Assembly: GCA_951406725.2 (NCBI GenBank)
Contig: OX597814.1
Coordinates: forward strand, 174,654,001 to 174,718,000
Source of the DNA: Octopus vulgaris
Lineage: Eukaryota
Direction of reading: 5' to 3'
Length of the DNA: 64,000 bases
Shown here: piece after piece, positions 1 through 41,834 of the stretch
How positions within the stretch are numbered: position 1 is the stretch's first letter
Layout of the letters: each line of letters begins with the position of its first letter
Notes under the pieces: generated by a model
The model's database searches: none
What the model was told of the DNA's origin: nothing
Seen by the model: the letters and a program-made list of their open reading frames with translations, nothing else
Position numbers and translations under genes: made by a program

Positions 1-131
1 ATTATTTTAAAATTCAAGAGTTAATATTAACACATTCTATCATTTCTCTCTGTTTGCACAGTACTTCTTCCAATTTTATTTGTAACAAATTGCCTTCTAA
101 TTGTAACACTTTGGGATTTTTTTTCCAACAG

Positions 132-27968
<27,837 letters not shown>

Positions 27969-30515
27969 GCACTTTTAAAACCATTCTGAAATGTTTGAAA
28001 CCTGTTTTTTTTTTTTCTCCCTAGCAATGACTTTCTATAATCTATCTTAAGCTTTATGTACCATGGTGATATATAATTATCTATTTGAAAATAATTATCC
28101 TAAATAATAACTACAAATTTAATACTTTTTTCTAATCATTATTGATGTCATTTAGTATATTTTTTTATTTCACTACAGTTTCTAATAACATTCAAAATTA
28201 GATTTATTATGTTTTACTGATGTTACAGTAATTATTATCTAAAGGTTCTGGTAATCTACTTAAAGACACATTACATTTTTGTCAATAACTACTGGTAACT
28301 CAAGTATTTTATACTACAACCAATAATACTTTTTGTTTTCTACTTTATTTTCACCTAAATATCTTCAATGTTCTACCTTTATGAATGATTAAATTGTGTA
28401 AAAATTACTGTGTAAAACTTAATGAATTTACAACAGAGAATATGTAGCACCAAAAGTGATTGTCAGTAATGAAAAAGTATTGAGAATAATTTAAGTCAAA
28501 ACAATGACTCTTTCATTTGTTTATGAGTAAATAATTACTGGAAATCATTTAACTACTTAAGACATTTAGCTAAACAAAAGTAAACCTCATGACTTGCTGC
28601 ATAATGTGATACTGTATTATTTGAAATGTTAACTACTTTATAAAGACAAAGATCTAAGAATTATTTCCCAAATTTAATACTTAAAGTTTTGACAATATGT
28701 TGAATTTAGTGAGGATATTGTATTAGTTCCATATTACAAGGCTGTGAGCTATATTATGATTGGTATTTCCTGTCAGTTCTGTCACTACCATTTTATAAAC
28801 TATCCAGTATTTAGAAAAAAAAAAGTAATGATCTTGATTTCATCTGAATTCACTTGTTGCCTTTGCCAAAAAACTGTTGTTCAACTGAAAAATTCACTTA
28901 ACTTTTGTTTATAAAGTTATTATGCAAAATATAAAATGTATTGTGGTTATGTGAGGTGTCTTATTTTCATGTAAATGTAGTTTAGCCAATGAAATTGGCT
29001 ATGGAGACAGCTAAATTATGGTCTTAATGTCTAGTTCCACAAGATACTTCTTTAAACATATAATGGGACAAAGGAATAGTGTTGGTTTAAGTGTCAAGTG
29101 CTAAGTATCGTAGTTTACTTAGTGGTCTTGAGTTCAATCTGTATATCAGTCAAACTAAATACACTCTGGTTCAAACAGATAAGCTAGTGACCTCATGAGT
29201 AGGAGAACAGCCAAACAGAATATCCTTAGGACAATAGAATGACACCAATCTATCCCTAAAGGGCTCAAAATTACTAGAACATTACTGAATGTAAAAGTCA
29301 CTTAAAGAAAACCACAGGAAACAGCTAAAATATGACTGTAACAGCCATGAGGGAGGACACTAATTCAAATACATCAGTGCATAGTAACCCTTGGGGTGTT
29401 GGATAATCTCCAAAACCTTTATCTTAATGTTGCACTGGAGTTTTTTTTCTCTTAGCTAGTAAGAGATTTGAACTCAGCGGTGCAGATTAATAAAGTACTT
29501 GCCAATTATACAGTGATCTGTATACAGAAGGGAACTGTGCTTCTCTGGTGTATCTAATTACAGGTAGATGTACAGTGACTTAATAGCTTAGCATCTACGC
29601 AAAATTTATAGTTCATCACCTGTGATGAGGAAACAAATTTACAATCTTTTCACTTGACTAAGACTCTCATAAGAGGGAATGATCCTTGATTTTAGTTTTC
29701 CCTAAATCATTTTAAAATACATAACGTTGGGGGTTTGGTGATAAAAGCATCTATGCAATTGCTCATCTTACTATAAATAGCAATCAAATCTCCCTCAAAT
29801 CACATCCTACCATCTTACAAAAAGGAGATACTGGACAGTATAGTCCCTGATATACAAAAAAAGAAAAAGAAACTAGTCGGTCATTGCTGAGATATCTTTC
29901 AGCATAGATCTACTGAATCAGACTTATCTGAGGCAAACAACAGCTAAAGATCCAAGAATCAGGAACATTCACACACATTAAAAAATTGGATCCTTTTAAG
30001 ACAATTTCATAATTTCTAACTTTTTATCTTTTGTGATAGAGAAATTATGAAATCAATCCTATTTTTTGAGAGAGAATTAAATTTTAATTCATTTTTCGTT
30101 AGCATATAAGCCGAGTCTCCACTTCCTTACATATCCATTTCGCAAAAAAAAAAAAAATTCTTGAAATATTTAAAGTTATTTTTTAGATTTCTTGCTTTTA
30201 AAAATTGTTTCATTTAAATAATGTTACTTGATACATGATGTGGCAAAGTACCTAATTATGAGATAATAAAATTCATTCATTCATCTGTAAAGGGATCATA
30301 AAACATTGTTTTTAACATTTCACTTAGAATCATTGATATAATCATTGTTATATGTGCCTTTATACATATATATGTATATATGTCAGTGTGTGTGTGTGCT
30401 CATGTGTATATTACCCTTATCCTAATCTTTATTTTTGGATTAGAAATTAAGCTTTTTATGGTTATCAATTTGTGTTGCAAGATTCCTGATGTGAAATTGT
30501 GTATTGAAACCAATA

Positions 30516-31240
30516 TTGTTGTATTTCAAGATGGTCATTTTTTTCTTTTTCTTTTGCCAAATAAACACTCACACTGTATATTTTTTCCTTCATTCATTTA
30601 TTACTGTACTTATTTTATTATTTTAATTCATGTCCATTGTCCAGAAATATTTTGTCACACATCTGTAACCTCTTCAGCAACACTTCTCATTTTCATGTGT
30701 GTTCTTGCTTCACTTACTCCATTCTGTTCTTCTAAGGCATGTATCCTTATGTGTGCATGTGTTTGTCTCCTTCTTTGTGTGTGTGTGTATGCCTGAGTGT
30801 GTGTCATAGTTTTTAGCAGCAGTGTGGTCTTCCCCTCAGCAGTCCCATCCTCTCATCTCATGTTGCTGCTGTTCTAAGACCGAAAAGTATTTTTCAGGTT
30901 TTAGGACAGCAACACCACAATGGGGCAAAGAGGATGGGGCTGCTGATGGGAAGGCCACACTGCTGCTAAAAACTATGACACCATACACACACACACACAC
31001 ACATGAACAAGGACACAAACATATGTGCACATGAGGATACACACCTTAGAAGAACAGAATGGAGTAAGTGGAGCAAGAAACACACATTAAAATGAGAAGT
31101 GTCTCTGAAGAGATAACAGATGTGTGACAAAAGATTTCTAGACAATGGACATGAATTAAAATGATAAATGAGTGAAAAAAATATACATAGTGTGTGTGTT
31201 TATTTGAAAAAAAAAAAATGACCATCCCAAAATACAACAA
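30516..31240. repeat. Long foldback inverted repeat (~360-bp arms, almost no spacer) derived from a Penelope-like terminal sequence
   Basis: Arms are reverse complements around about 30888 (GAAAAGTATTTTTC). The outer arms match 10510-10780. Confidence 0.9.
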
Positions 31241-33462
31241 ATTTGCTTTGTGTACAATTCCTAATATTCTAACTAACAATTGTTATTTTTTTACATCTGT
31301 TTTAATTAACTATCAATTTTTAGTTTGCATTATTTTGTTATTCTCCATGTTAAAAAGATAGGGTGGGGATCACTTAAGTGACATTTCCTCTCACCTAGTT
31401 GAGTAGTTGATTTCTAATTGTAATTTGAGAATTAAACTTCATAGGAAACCTAGTTTAATGCTAATTTTGTCCTATGTTGGCATAAAATTAGGGAGTTGTT
31501 AAAATAATAATTTAACCTAAACTTGAATTTCAAATGTTGTTCCCACCCTACTTTCTAGTCTCTGGTATAATCCAAGAACTGGTAACATATAGAAACTATA
31601 TGTCTACAATTTTGGAATAGGCTTTTAGAATGTAGGCTGTTGGTTGTTATTCCTGATTTGCTGAACCATTTCCTACTTGAAAAGGATGTAAATGTTACTT
31701 GTATCCAAAAACATTTAAGATTTGACACTGTACATTTAATTTTCTCAATTTTACTTTTCAATGTTTTTGGATATCTTATGTTCATAATTTTCTGAAAAAG
31801 TTATTTGAAAGATTAAAATATATTATATTAAGCTTCATCTTTTGATCATTTAATATATCTAGCTGCATATATTATGAATAGCATTAGGAATATAAACAAG
31901 AAAATCTTTAATATGTCCTTGTGTGCATATTTTAAATATAAATCTATAATTAGCAAAATCATTCTCTAAAGAGTTATATATGAATCTCTATTTGAAAGAA
32001 TTGAAAAGTGTTATCCCCCAGTTAAATTGTATTTAACATGCTATCAAATAGAAGTGTGATAATGTATATATTTATATATGATGTATTTTTGTAATTTAAA
32101 ACAATATATATATACGTGTATCTTTTGAGAGAATGATTCCAAGGAATGAGACGTGTAAACTGTACATTAATCTGAGCTTTGCTACACATAACAAGACCTG
32201 TAAATGCTACAGTTAAACAATTATCATACAGAAGATTTTAAACTGTGAAAGACTTTTTGCATTTCTAGTTTAATGACAGCCATATTTGAATGATAAACAA
32301 TTACAAAAAAATTACATTTTCTAAACTTGCATTTTAGTTTATTTTCCTTCAAATTTGAATAATTTCATGAATTGTGTGATAGAAATTCCTTTTCATATCT
32401 TATATAGCATAGTGAAAGTTTTTTTTTTTTTTTTTCCACTCTGAGCTAAAAAATAGATAAACTGGAGATAATTCAAACCCGTCCAACAGAAGGTATTTTC
32501 CTGCTCCTTCTGTTTACTTTTTGCTATATAATGTTGAAATAAAATAATACTTTGGAGTATATCAATCATTATTGTCTGTCTCCCTCTTTCTCTCTCTCAT
32601 GAATTAAAACTATTTTTTTATCAAAAACTTTTCCTCTTATACTTTTTTTGTTTGAAAATTTTACTAATTTTTGTGTTTACGATTGGTATCCATTATTTTA
32701 ATAAAATAAAATTTTAGTGTGAATATTAATCGTTTGTGTCATTTTTTTCTTAAAATTTCATGTGTTTGAGGATGGTTTATCAGTCATTCCCCACCCTCAT
32801 CCAAAAGAAATAATTGCATTTATGCCAAAACTAAAACAAAGAAGATTATATATTGACAAAAAAGACACTCTTTTGTTGAGACATTACATTCTTTAAAACT
32901 TCCATGCTTCCTGAAATTCACCAACAATACACCTGATGTCACCCTCCCTAATTTTTTTTTAAGACTTATTCTACTGTACACTTCCTGAGCAATTTCTATG
33001 TAACTGCTCATGCAGTTATTGGTTACTTTTTTCTGATGACTTGTGGTGCACCTGAGTACTGTATAAAATAAGCTCATTATTTTTTTTAAAAGCAATTGAG
33101 CTAGCTTGAAGATGTGATGAGAATTAGCTTCAACCCCTGTGTTCTGAGTTCATAGTCAACTTTGCTGTTCATCCTTTTGAGGTTGTTAAAATAAGTTACT
33201 GACATGTAACAGTATTGATTTAATGCAACTATATCCATCTTCTTTAACAGAGATTCTCACTGTGCTAGTGGCACTGCCTCACAACAGAGTGCTGGGCATG
33301 TCAAAGAGGGAGTTAGGCTTTAGAAGGTGATGAGGAAGCAGTGAGGTAACATAATTAACATACTAGATTTTTGATAAAACTAATAGCAGTTATTAAAATA
33401 AAATGGGATCTCATCAGGCACAAAGAAGTCATTTACTTGCAATTCTTTTCTTTCTTTCTTTT

Positions 33463-33868
33463 ATTCTTTTACTTGTTTCAGTCATTTGACTGTGGCCATG
33501 CTGGAGCACTGCCTTTAGTCGAGCAAATCGACCCCAGGACTTATTCTTTGTAAGCCTAGTACTTATTCTATTGGTTTTTTGCCAAACCGCTAAGTTACGG
33601 GGACGTAAACACACCAGCATCGGTTGTCAAGTGATGCTGGGGGGGACAGACACACAAACATATACATACACACACACACACACATATATATATATACATA
33701 TACATATATATGATGGGATTCTTTCAGTTTCCATCTACCAAATCCACTCACAAGGCTTTGGCTGGCCCGAGGCTATAGTAGAAGACACTTACCCAAGGTG
33801 CCATGCTGTGGGACTGAACCCAGAACCATGAGGTTCATAAGCAAGCTACTTACTACACAGCCACTCCT
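33463..33868 (-). mobile_element. Family A SINE, near full-length
   Basis: Colinear with 13217-13613. Confidence 0.85.
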
Positions 33869-34024
33869 ACATATACATATATATTTTTTTAATTATTATT
33901 AACCAGGAGAAAGATAATAAGCTGGCAGAATTATTAACATGCTGGACACAAATGCTTAGTGGCATTTTGTCTATCTTTATGTTCTGTGTTCAAGTTCCAC
34001 TGAGATTGATTTTCATCCTTTCAT

Positions 34025-34715
34025 CCTGCTAAAATTGCCAAGAAGGCTGAAAGTGTCTTGGCATCACTCACCAAGTCCTTTGTGAGCCGCTTTCCAGCTA
34101 TCTATCTGCAGCTTAATATAGCTATGGTGCGACCTCACCTGGAATTTGCATCACTGATCTGGAACCCCTATCTTGCCCAGGATATTAATCGTCTGGAAAC
34201 TGTTCAGTGACATGCAACCAAGAGAATACACTCCATCTGGCATTTGCCATATTCTGAACGCCTTACTTCTCTGGGCATGGATACATTGAAACTCCAACGT
34301 CTGGCAGCTGACTTGACAGAGACCCATAAAATTATTAACCATCTTACAAACAATAACTGAGTACCTTTTCAAACTCCACCTGTCTAACACCCGTGAACAT
34401 GTCTACAAAGTCAGAAAACAGCACTGCGCCCATGACTTTCAGAAACATTTTTTCACGCTAAGAGTTGCTGAAGCATGGAACAAACTGCTGGCATCAGTTG
34501 TTAGTTGTCGGAGCACTGCATCCTTCAAAACTTCCATGCTTCCTGAGATTCACCAACACTGTACCTGATTTTCTCCCTTCCATACACACGCAAGTATGTA
34601 TCTGACTCATACACTGTTCACTTTCCAGACATTTGTACATTACTGCACATGCTTTATACGCACTTTTGACAAGTTGTGGTGCACCTGAGCACTGTATACA
34701 ATAATTTCATTATTA
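34025..34715 (+). mobile_element. CR1-like LINE 3' fragment
   Basis: Reverse complement of 26606-27300. Confidence 0.9.
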
Positions 34716-35780
34716 TATTTTTTTTTTTTAATCTTGATGAAATAAGTACCGTTTGAGTGCTGGGGTCAATGTAAATGACTATCCTCCTCTCCTAAATTTA
34801 AGGCCTTGTGCCTTTAGTAGAAAGGATTACTAATTAGTAGAAGTTACAGAATGACTCTGGGACTGAGAGTTCCATACACTAGCACTATTCAAACGTTAGT
34901 GTATAAATATCTGTTCCTCTACTAAATAAAAGAATTTTTATAATAGCAATTACAGAAAGGTTAGTTATAGGTGCTGGTGGATTTAGTTCCATTGTATAGC
35001 ACTATGGGCAAGTGTCATCTTGTTTTGCCCCTGGCCGATAAATGCCTTGTGAGTGGATTTTGTAGGTGGAAACTGAAAGAAGCCCATTGTATATATGTGT
35101 GTGTGTGTGTGTTTATCTCCCACCACCGTTTGACAACCAATGTTGATTTTATTTACGTTCTCGGAACCTAGAAGCTCGGCAAAAGGAGCCCGATAGAATA
35201 AGTACTAGGCTTAACTAGAAAATAAGTACAGGAGTCAATTTCTTCGACTACACTCTTCAAGGCCCAGTATGGCTAATGACAAGTAAGATCAAGTGCTTGA
35301 AATATATAACAGGGGACATTACTTTTGAATATCTACATATTTTTTTTTAAATAGACAATTTTTGTTGTTACTAACCTAATTTCAATTATTACAGCTGGGT
35401 ATGGTCTGATCAAACGCATCTTTCCGTTTTCAGTCCTCTAAAAAATATTGGTCATATACTGAACATAAAGAAAAAAAATTGACTTATAAAATTAAAATTG
35501 TAAACTTGATTATTAAGGGGAGGTAATACTTGACAATTAAATATTCAAAATATTAGCATTGCGTCCCTTTAGTTGTAAACTGCCACCGCATTTTCTCGTG
35601 TTAAACTTCGTTCGTATCTAAATAGATTCAGTCAGAGAGAAAAAGTCGTAGCGAACACAATAAATTCTTAAGACAATAATTTTCTACATAATGAATTTTT
35701 TTCCTTTAGTGCATAAAATCTCGCCAACAAAAGAGCCTTTTACCGAAATCTCCTTTATATCTTCAACGTAGTCTTTCTTA

Positions 35781-36006
35781 TAATAATAATAATAATAATG
35801 AAATTATTGTATATAGTGCTCAGGTGCACCACAACTTGTCAAAAAGTGCGTATAAAGCATATGCAGTAATGTACAAATGTCTGGAAAGCGAACAGTGTAT
35901 GAGTCAGATACATGCTTGCGTGTGTATGGAGGGGAGAAAATCAGGTGTAGTGTTGGTGTATCTCAGGAAGCATGAAAGTTTTGAAGGATGCAGTGCTCTG
36001 ACAACT
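35781..36006 (-). mobile_element. CR1-like LINE 3' end
   Basis: Matches 26606-26825. Confidence 0.85.
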
Positions 36007-36979
36007 AGAAGCATTTGTTCGTTTAAGAGTGATACATTTTCACTGTTTTGAACATCAGATGTTTTTTCAGTTAAATTCTTTTTAGATGTTAAAAAAAATG
36101 ATTAATCTCAAACCGATATTTTATAATTGGGTCTAGAGGAGAAAGAACACGAATATTTTCTAACATAACTATTGATTCTCAAAATTATAAGATTAATGTG
36201 TAATTAATAACAAATTTCCCCTTTCTGAAAAACTTAAATTGTTTTTATATCAATTTATTTAGGCTGAAGATATATTTAAAATACTAACAAAATATATGCA
36301 ACAGGAAAATTTAATATTTCTTTACTAGATTCACCTTGGGAGTTGTGGCCATGCTGGGGCACATTTTATTTTACTTATTTATTTATCATTTGTGGTGGTT
36401 GGCATTTGGAAGGGCATCCAGCTGTAAAAGCCTGCCAAAACTGACCTCGCCTGTGCTGGTACCACATAAAAAGCACTCAGTCCACCCTATGAGGCGATTG
36501 GTGTTAGGAAGGGCATACAGCTATAAAACCCATTGCCAAAACAGATACAGTAGCCTGATGTAGTCTTCTTCTTGGCTGGCTCCTGTCAAGCTATCCAACC
36601 TATGCTTGCATGGAAGGCAGATGTTAAATGACAATGATGATAATGATGATGATGATGGGGGGGTGGCTAGCATATTTAAAAATCTGAAGTTTCAGAAAAA
36701 AATTATATTACATACATATAAAAGGGATGACCTGTAAGTGGACATCCATTATGCGAGAAGATCCTCTATGGTCTTACCACTGAGGTGGAGGAGGAGGAGG
36801 AGGAGGGGTGGTGTGTGGAAGAGGTGGATATGGAGGAAGGGAGGTGTGTAGAGGAGGAGGAAGGAGGCAACAACGTGACACTTAATGACGTACTTGATAT
36901 GGCATATAATCAACATAGTGATATTTTTGTTATTTGCCTTCCATGAATTTTTGGATGTGAATTAACTGAAAACCTTTTC

Positions 36980-37373
36980 TGCGGATCTTTTCGGTTTGAA
37001 CGGCAGGTTTTAACATAATTTCTAGGTAACTAGAAAATTTTAGACTTCGTCACCTGGTAGAATGTGTTTATAAAACATCTTTTTCTCTTGGCTTTATTGA
37101 GAACATTCTATAGTTTGTAAGGTATTTGGTCTTTAATTTCTTCAATTTCTGCAATTTCAACCAATCACTGGCGTCTATTGAGTTAAAAAGCATTCTGTGC
37201 CGTATGAATATGTCCCTCGTTTAAGAAACAGATTGGGTTTATTTACATTTGTGAAGAAAAAAAAGATACCCTCTCCCCCTAACCCTAACTAGCCCTAAAT
37301 CTAAAATAGATCGAAATGCAATAGATCGGTTCTAGGGTCATAATTATGGGTGACAATTTCGTATGACACCGCT
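36980..37373 (+). mobile_element. Non-autonomous element with CCCTAA repeats and a 3' hairpin (Helitron/Helentron-like, tentative)
   Basis: CpG-retaining block; CCCTAACCCTAA at about 37277; terminal GGTCATA...TATGACACC stem. Confidence 0.35.
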
Positions 37374-37883
37374 TAGTTATATTGCAGTGAGAGTGGCGCT
37401 CAGCTTGGATTTTAATTTTTAGTTTCTATAGTTACATAAATTATGTTAGAAGCTAATTATCGAGTTACTTCCCTTCCTCAAAATACATATTGATCTGCAG
37501 TTCCATTGTCATCGTCAACATCTTTGTTTTAACATCCATTTTTCCGTACTTGCATGAGTCAGATGGAATTTGTTGAGCTTCAAAGTCATTCAAACAGAGT
37601 ATAAACTGTACAGCAGCCAGTTACGTTATGTGACTGACTGTTTAGCGTCTTCATCCCATAATAAAAAAAATTATCCATATTTAGCAAGCCATCATTGTAG
37701 AACAGTCTGCTCCAGCTAACAAAAACTATGTGTACTCTTTTGGGACAACAATTATTGATTTTCATTGATTTTTTTCCCTCTTTGTCGTCACTTAATTTTA
37801 TGCAAATATAATGTAATATATGATACGAAAATGATATAGAGAGAACTAAGAATGTCTTGAAGTGACTGTTGATGCAAAGGAAT

Positions 37884-38295
37884 TCATCATCATCATCGTT
37901 TAACGTCCGCTTTCCATGGTAGCATGGGTTGGGTGATTTTGACTGAAGGCTGGCGAACCAGATGTCTGCACCAGGCTCCAATCTTGATCTGGCAGAGTTT
38001 CTACAGCTGGATGCCCTCCCTAACGCCAACTACTCCGAGAGTGTAGTGGATGCTTTTACGTGCCACCGGCACGGGGCCCAGTCAGGCAGTACTGGCAACA
38101 ACCTCGCTCGAATCTTTTTACACATGCCACCAGCACAGGTGCCAGTAAGGCGACGCTGGTAACGATCACGCTCGAATGGTGCCTTTTATGTACCACTGGC
38201 ATGGAAGCCGTTTAGCCACTCTGTCAACGATCACACTCGTATGGTGCTCTTTGCACCCCGCTAGCACAGATGCCAGTCATCGAATTTGATTTTGA
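37884..38295 (-). mobile_element. Family C retroelement
   Basis: Reverse complement of 19590-20097. Confidence 0.8.
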
Positions 38296-38800
38296 TTATA
38301 AAAACATAACAAAAATAAACTCTAAATTTTTTTATGGTTAGTGTCAAGCTTTTGAGTTAACTCCAAATGCCTGTCACGAACCATATGAAGGTTGTAGAGT
38401 ATCAAATTCTTTACTGGATGTCAATATTATTCACCTGTGGTAAGAGAGAATAGCTTTAGGTTGATGGCTAGAAACAGGTAACCCAGCTCTGTATAAATGT
38501 GACACTAACCAAAATCCATCCTGCTTTTTTTTTTATTTATTCTTATTTTACTTAGGCAGTTGATTTGTTTTGGTTCTGATGAAGATATCATTGTGAAGGT
38601 CGTATGTTTTCAGTCAATCAATCACTCGGTTGATAAAACTGAGCCATAAACACACCCAAATGCATATCTGAAACAGCTGTAAGCCTATAATAAATAAATA
38701 GATGTATATAACTTATTATTTCCATCTATTTTATATGTGTATGTATGTATGTCATTACCCTAATTTACTGCCTGTCTCCCATGCAGGCATGGGTATGACC

Positions 38801-39707
38801 TATAATGGAATTGAAGGCTTGTGATACCTGTTGAGTATCTTCTCCCATTATAATTATTTCTGTAGTCTTGAGGATCTGGAACATGAAGAAGAAGAAGCTT
38901 ACAAGTGGAATGCAATTCAATAGTCGTTTATTTTTAGTTCTCGTTCATGTGGCTTGCTCCCAGTGACCATTATTATGGCAGCACGTGGTCTGTTATAGCT
39001 CCATTTACATGAGGTTCTGAAGGTTCACTTGAATTCACTGAATTCTAAAGGTTCACTTGAACAAGAGAAGATATCCTGATGTCGGGCCAGACTGCTATTC
39101 TGTAGTTTGGGTGAGGCATCTACAACAAGAAAGCTTGCGGCTGCCGAAATCCTTTTTCCGTCGGGGTCACCATTTTATAATGAAATTGAAGGCTTGTGAT
39201 ACCTTTGGAGTATCTCCTTCTCGCATTACAATTATTTCTGTAGTCTTAGGGATCTGGAACACGAAGAAGAACCTTACAAGCAGAGTGCAATTCAATAGTC
39301 GTTTATTTTTAGTTCTCATTCATGTGGCTTGCTCCCAGTGCCATCTTTATGGCAGCATGTGGTTCATTATACTTCATTAATGTGAGGTTCATTACCTCTG
39401 GAGACAGGTGAAGTTAGAGCAGGATAAGAGTCTGCTGTGAGCTGCCAGCTTCACGTGTTTCTCAGTGTAAGGGAGAAGGAAGAAAGAGAAAGAATTCTTA
39501 ATTCTCCTGCTTAAATTGTTGTTGCCAACGAGAGTCTTACTGTCGTCTCACGCATGGCAAATGGTTGCAGGCGAGAGCTTGCTCCTGTCTCAGACATGGT
39601 AATGGCTACCAGCAAGATCTCGTACAAAATGGCACTGGCTTCTTGTGCCTCGCGTCAGACCAATACCATATTTAGAACAAATGATGCTTTGTGCTAGTTA
39701 AGTTATG
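38801..39707 (-). mobile_element. Internally deleted LTR element: LTR, tRNA-Trp PBS, short internal segment, partial LTR
   Basis: ~215-bp direct repeats at 38801-39018 and 39176-39390. Minus-strand PBS TGGTGACCCCGACG at 39159-39172. Candidate TSD TGACC at 38796-38800 and 39708-39712. Confidence 0.7.
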
Positions 39708-40238
39708 TGACCCCTTACTTGGACAGCCAGGTATACATGCTCAAGAAATTTAGGAGTAGTTAAAATACAAGTTACCAGATCAATTATTATTTTTTAAACC
39801 AAATCTTAGTCAAATTTTTGAATTATCAGAGCTCAGGGAATGTTTTCTGGGAGTTTTATGGATAAATCCAGGTTTAGACTGTCTGAGCTATAAGCCAGAC
39901 ATGTACACTGCAACAAACTTGAAGCTATTATATATTAACCAAAGCCCCAACCTGCTTAACACTCTTTTACACAGGTCACATGATGAAATAGTGAAACTTG
40001 ATAAAAATAGAATAGACAGGACTGTCATTACAGTCAACATCATGTAACATTTTAACCTTTGAAGATTGACAACAGTTTTATTCTTAAACTTTATTTGAAA
40101 ATAACAATCTTAAGTCATACAATGATGACTGATGAAAAAGTTTAGTGTTTTCACAAAACAGTCAAATAATCAAATTGCTGTTTTTGTATTACCCTGTTAA
40201 GGCCTGTTTACACTGTTACAGTAGACTATTTAATGTTA

Positions 40239-40470
40239 AGGCGGCCAGCTGGCAGAAACGTTAGCGCGCTGGGCGAAATGCTTAGCGGTATTTCGTCTGC
40301 CGTTACATTCTGTGTTCAAATTCTGCCGAGGTCAACTTTGCTTTTCATCCTTTCGGGGTCGATAAATAAAGTACCAGTTACACACTGGGGTTGATGTAAT
40401 CGACTTAATCCCTTTGTCTATCTTTGTTTGTCCCCTCTATGTTTAGCCCCTTGTGGGCAATAAAGAAATA
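40239..40470 (+). mobile_element. Family B SINE with TATTTAATGT TSD
   Basis: Full head and tail; direct repeat on both sides. Confidence 0.88.
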
Positions 40471-41557
40471 TATTTAATGTCAGAGCATCTTCTTTTGAGC
40501 TTTCCTGCCTGCTATCTCATCAATGATTTCATCAAAATCAATAAGTTACAGTTTATCATTATTTATACAGAGAATACTCAGACCAGACAGTCACTCTTGA
40601 GACACAGTTGAACGAAGGTCACTTTTGATCCATTTCAGCCTAGAAAATGATCCCTCTCCAGAACAGTTAGGGATTATCAAACTCAGGAACAATCTAAAAA
40701 TTGCTTACACATCTGGGAAAGCAGCCTGGATTTTCTCTTGTTTTACATGTCTTGGTGGCTGAAACTTTCTTTTTCTCCATGAGCCAGTTTGACATACAAC
40801 TTGAAAGTCAAGAGTTCATCAACAAGACTGAGATCAACATCGTTTGGATACTCTTATTCTAGTCTCTTGACATCGTGGAGAATTTGTTCCCTCATTGCTT
40901 GCAGCTCAATTAAAGACAAGAAACTGCCAGCAACATTCTAAATTTGAGTGAAGAGTATCAATTACAGGGATAAATGAACATATCTTAAAATTATCTCTTT
41001 TAGGAATTTCATCCAAAGCTTTAGTTGCACTGCCATCATTGTGTTGTCATTTTCATACTCTATGCCTTCTTTGGGGAGTTCTGTACTCTACTTCAAGTAG
41101 AATAGTTTTTGCTTGCACCTCACTCTCAGCAAAGTTTTCCTGTGAATTGTATAGGTATGCATATGTGGTCAATGAAATCTTTGCACTTTGAAGAACATTA
41201 CTTACTTTGTGAAACTGCTGAAGCAAACCTGTCCATAGATGAAACATGTACACAAATACAAATTCTTCCATTTTCTGCAAAAGATTTTGAGCTTGTCGTC
41301 TAGTATCACCCTTTCCAGTGTCGTCATCATGGATGTGACTGAGTTCTTCAAAAATGTGAGCATAACTTTCACTAATGGTTGTCATAACTCTGGCATGAAC
41401 CTCCTATCTTGTGCCAGATAACTGTTGTGGGGCTTTCGACTTTGGTAGCAAGATTTTCAGCACTGCTCACCATCTTGTAGAAGCTGAGAAAAAGCAATAA
41501 AGTTCGTTGACAATGCCAAAGAAATTCATCCAAGCAAGAGTCAACTGCAGCTCTTCC

Positions 41558-41834
41558 TGTGGTGTATGCAAGAGATTCGAAATAAAGGCACCTACCTTCT
41601 CTTCGCTCAGATGGAGACCCTTCAGTGGTAATGGATCCTTCAACACAGCCCGATCCAAACGCTAGAAATAGCAGCTGCTTCTCCCAACCTTAACAACGTG
41701 CTGATTCCATCTTACCCGCTCAGCGACCTGCCTCAAAAGGCAGAATGCTGCCCTTCCTGCACACGCCCCACTGCTGCCCCTTCCGGTCAGCCCCAAGTTC
41801 CGGTCAGCTCCCCAGCTGCTGACGTCATCCCACA
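41558..41834. mobile_element. Solo LTR (277 bp) with 5-bp TSD CTTCC
   Basis: TGTGG...CCACA ends; CTTCC at 41553-41557 and 41835-41839. Confidence 0.88.

Noticed and set aside
31555-31785. 76-aa minus-strand ORF preceded by an acceptor-like site
   Set aside because: No recognisable domain, and it is out of frame with the candidate upstream minus-strand exon.
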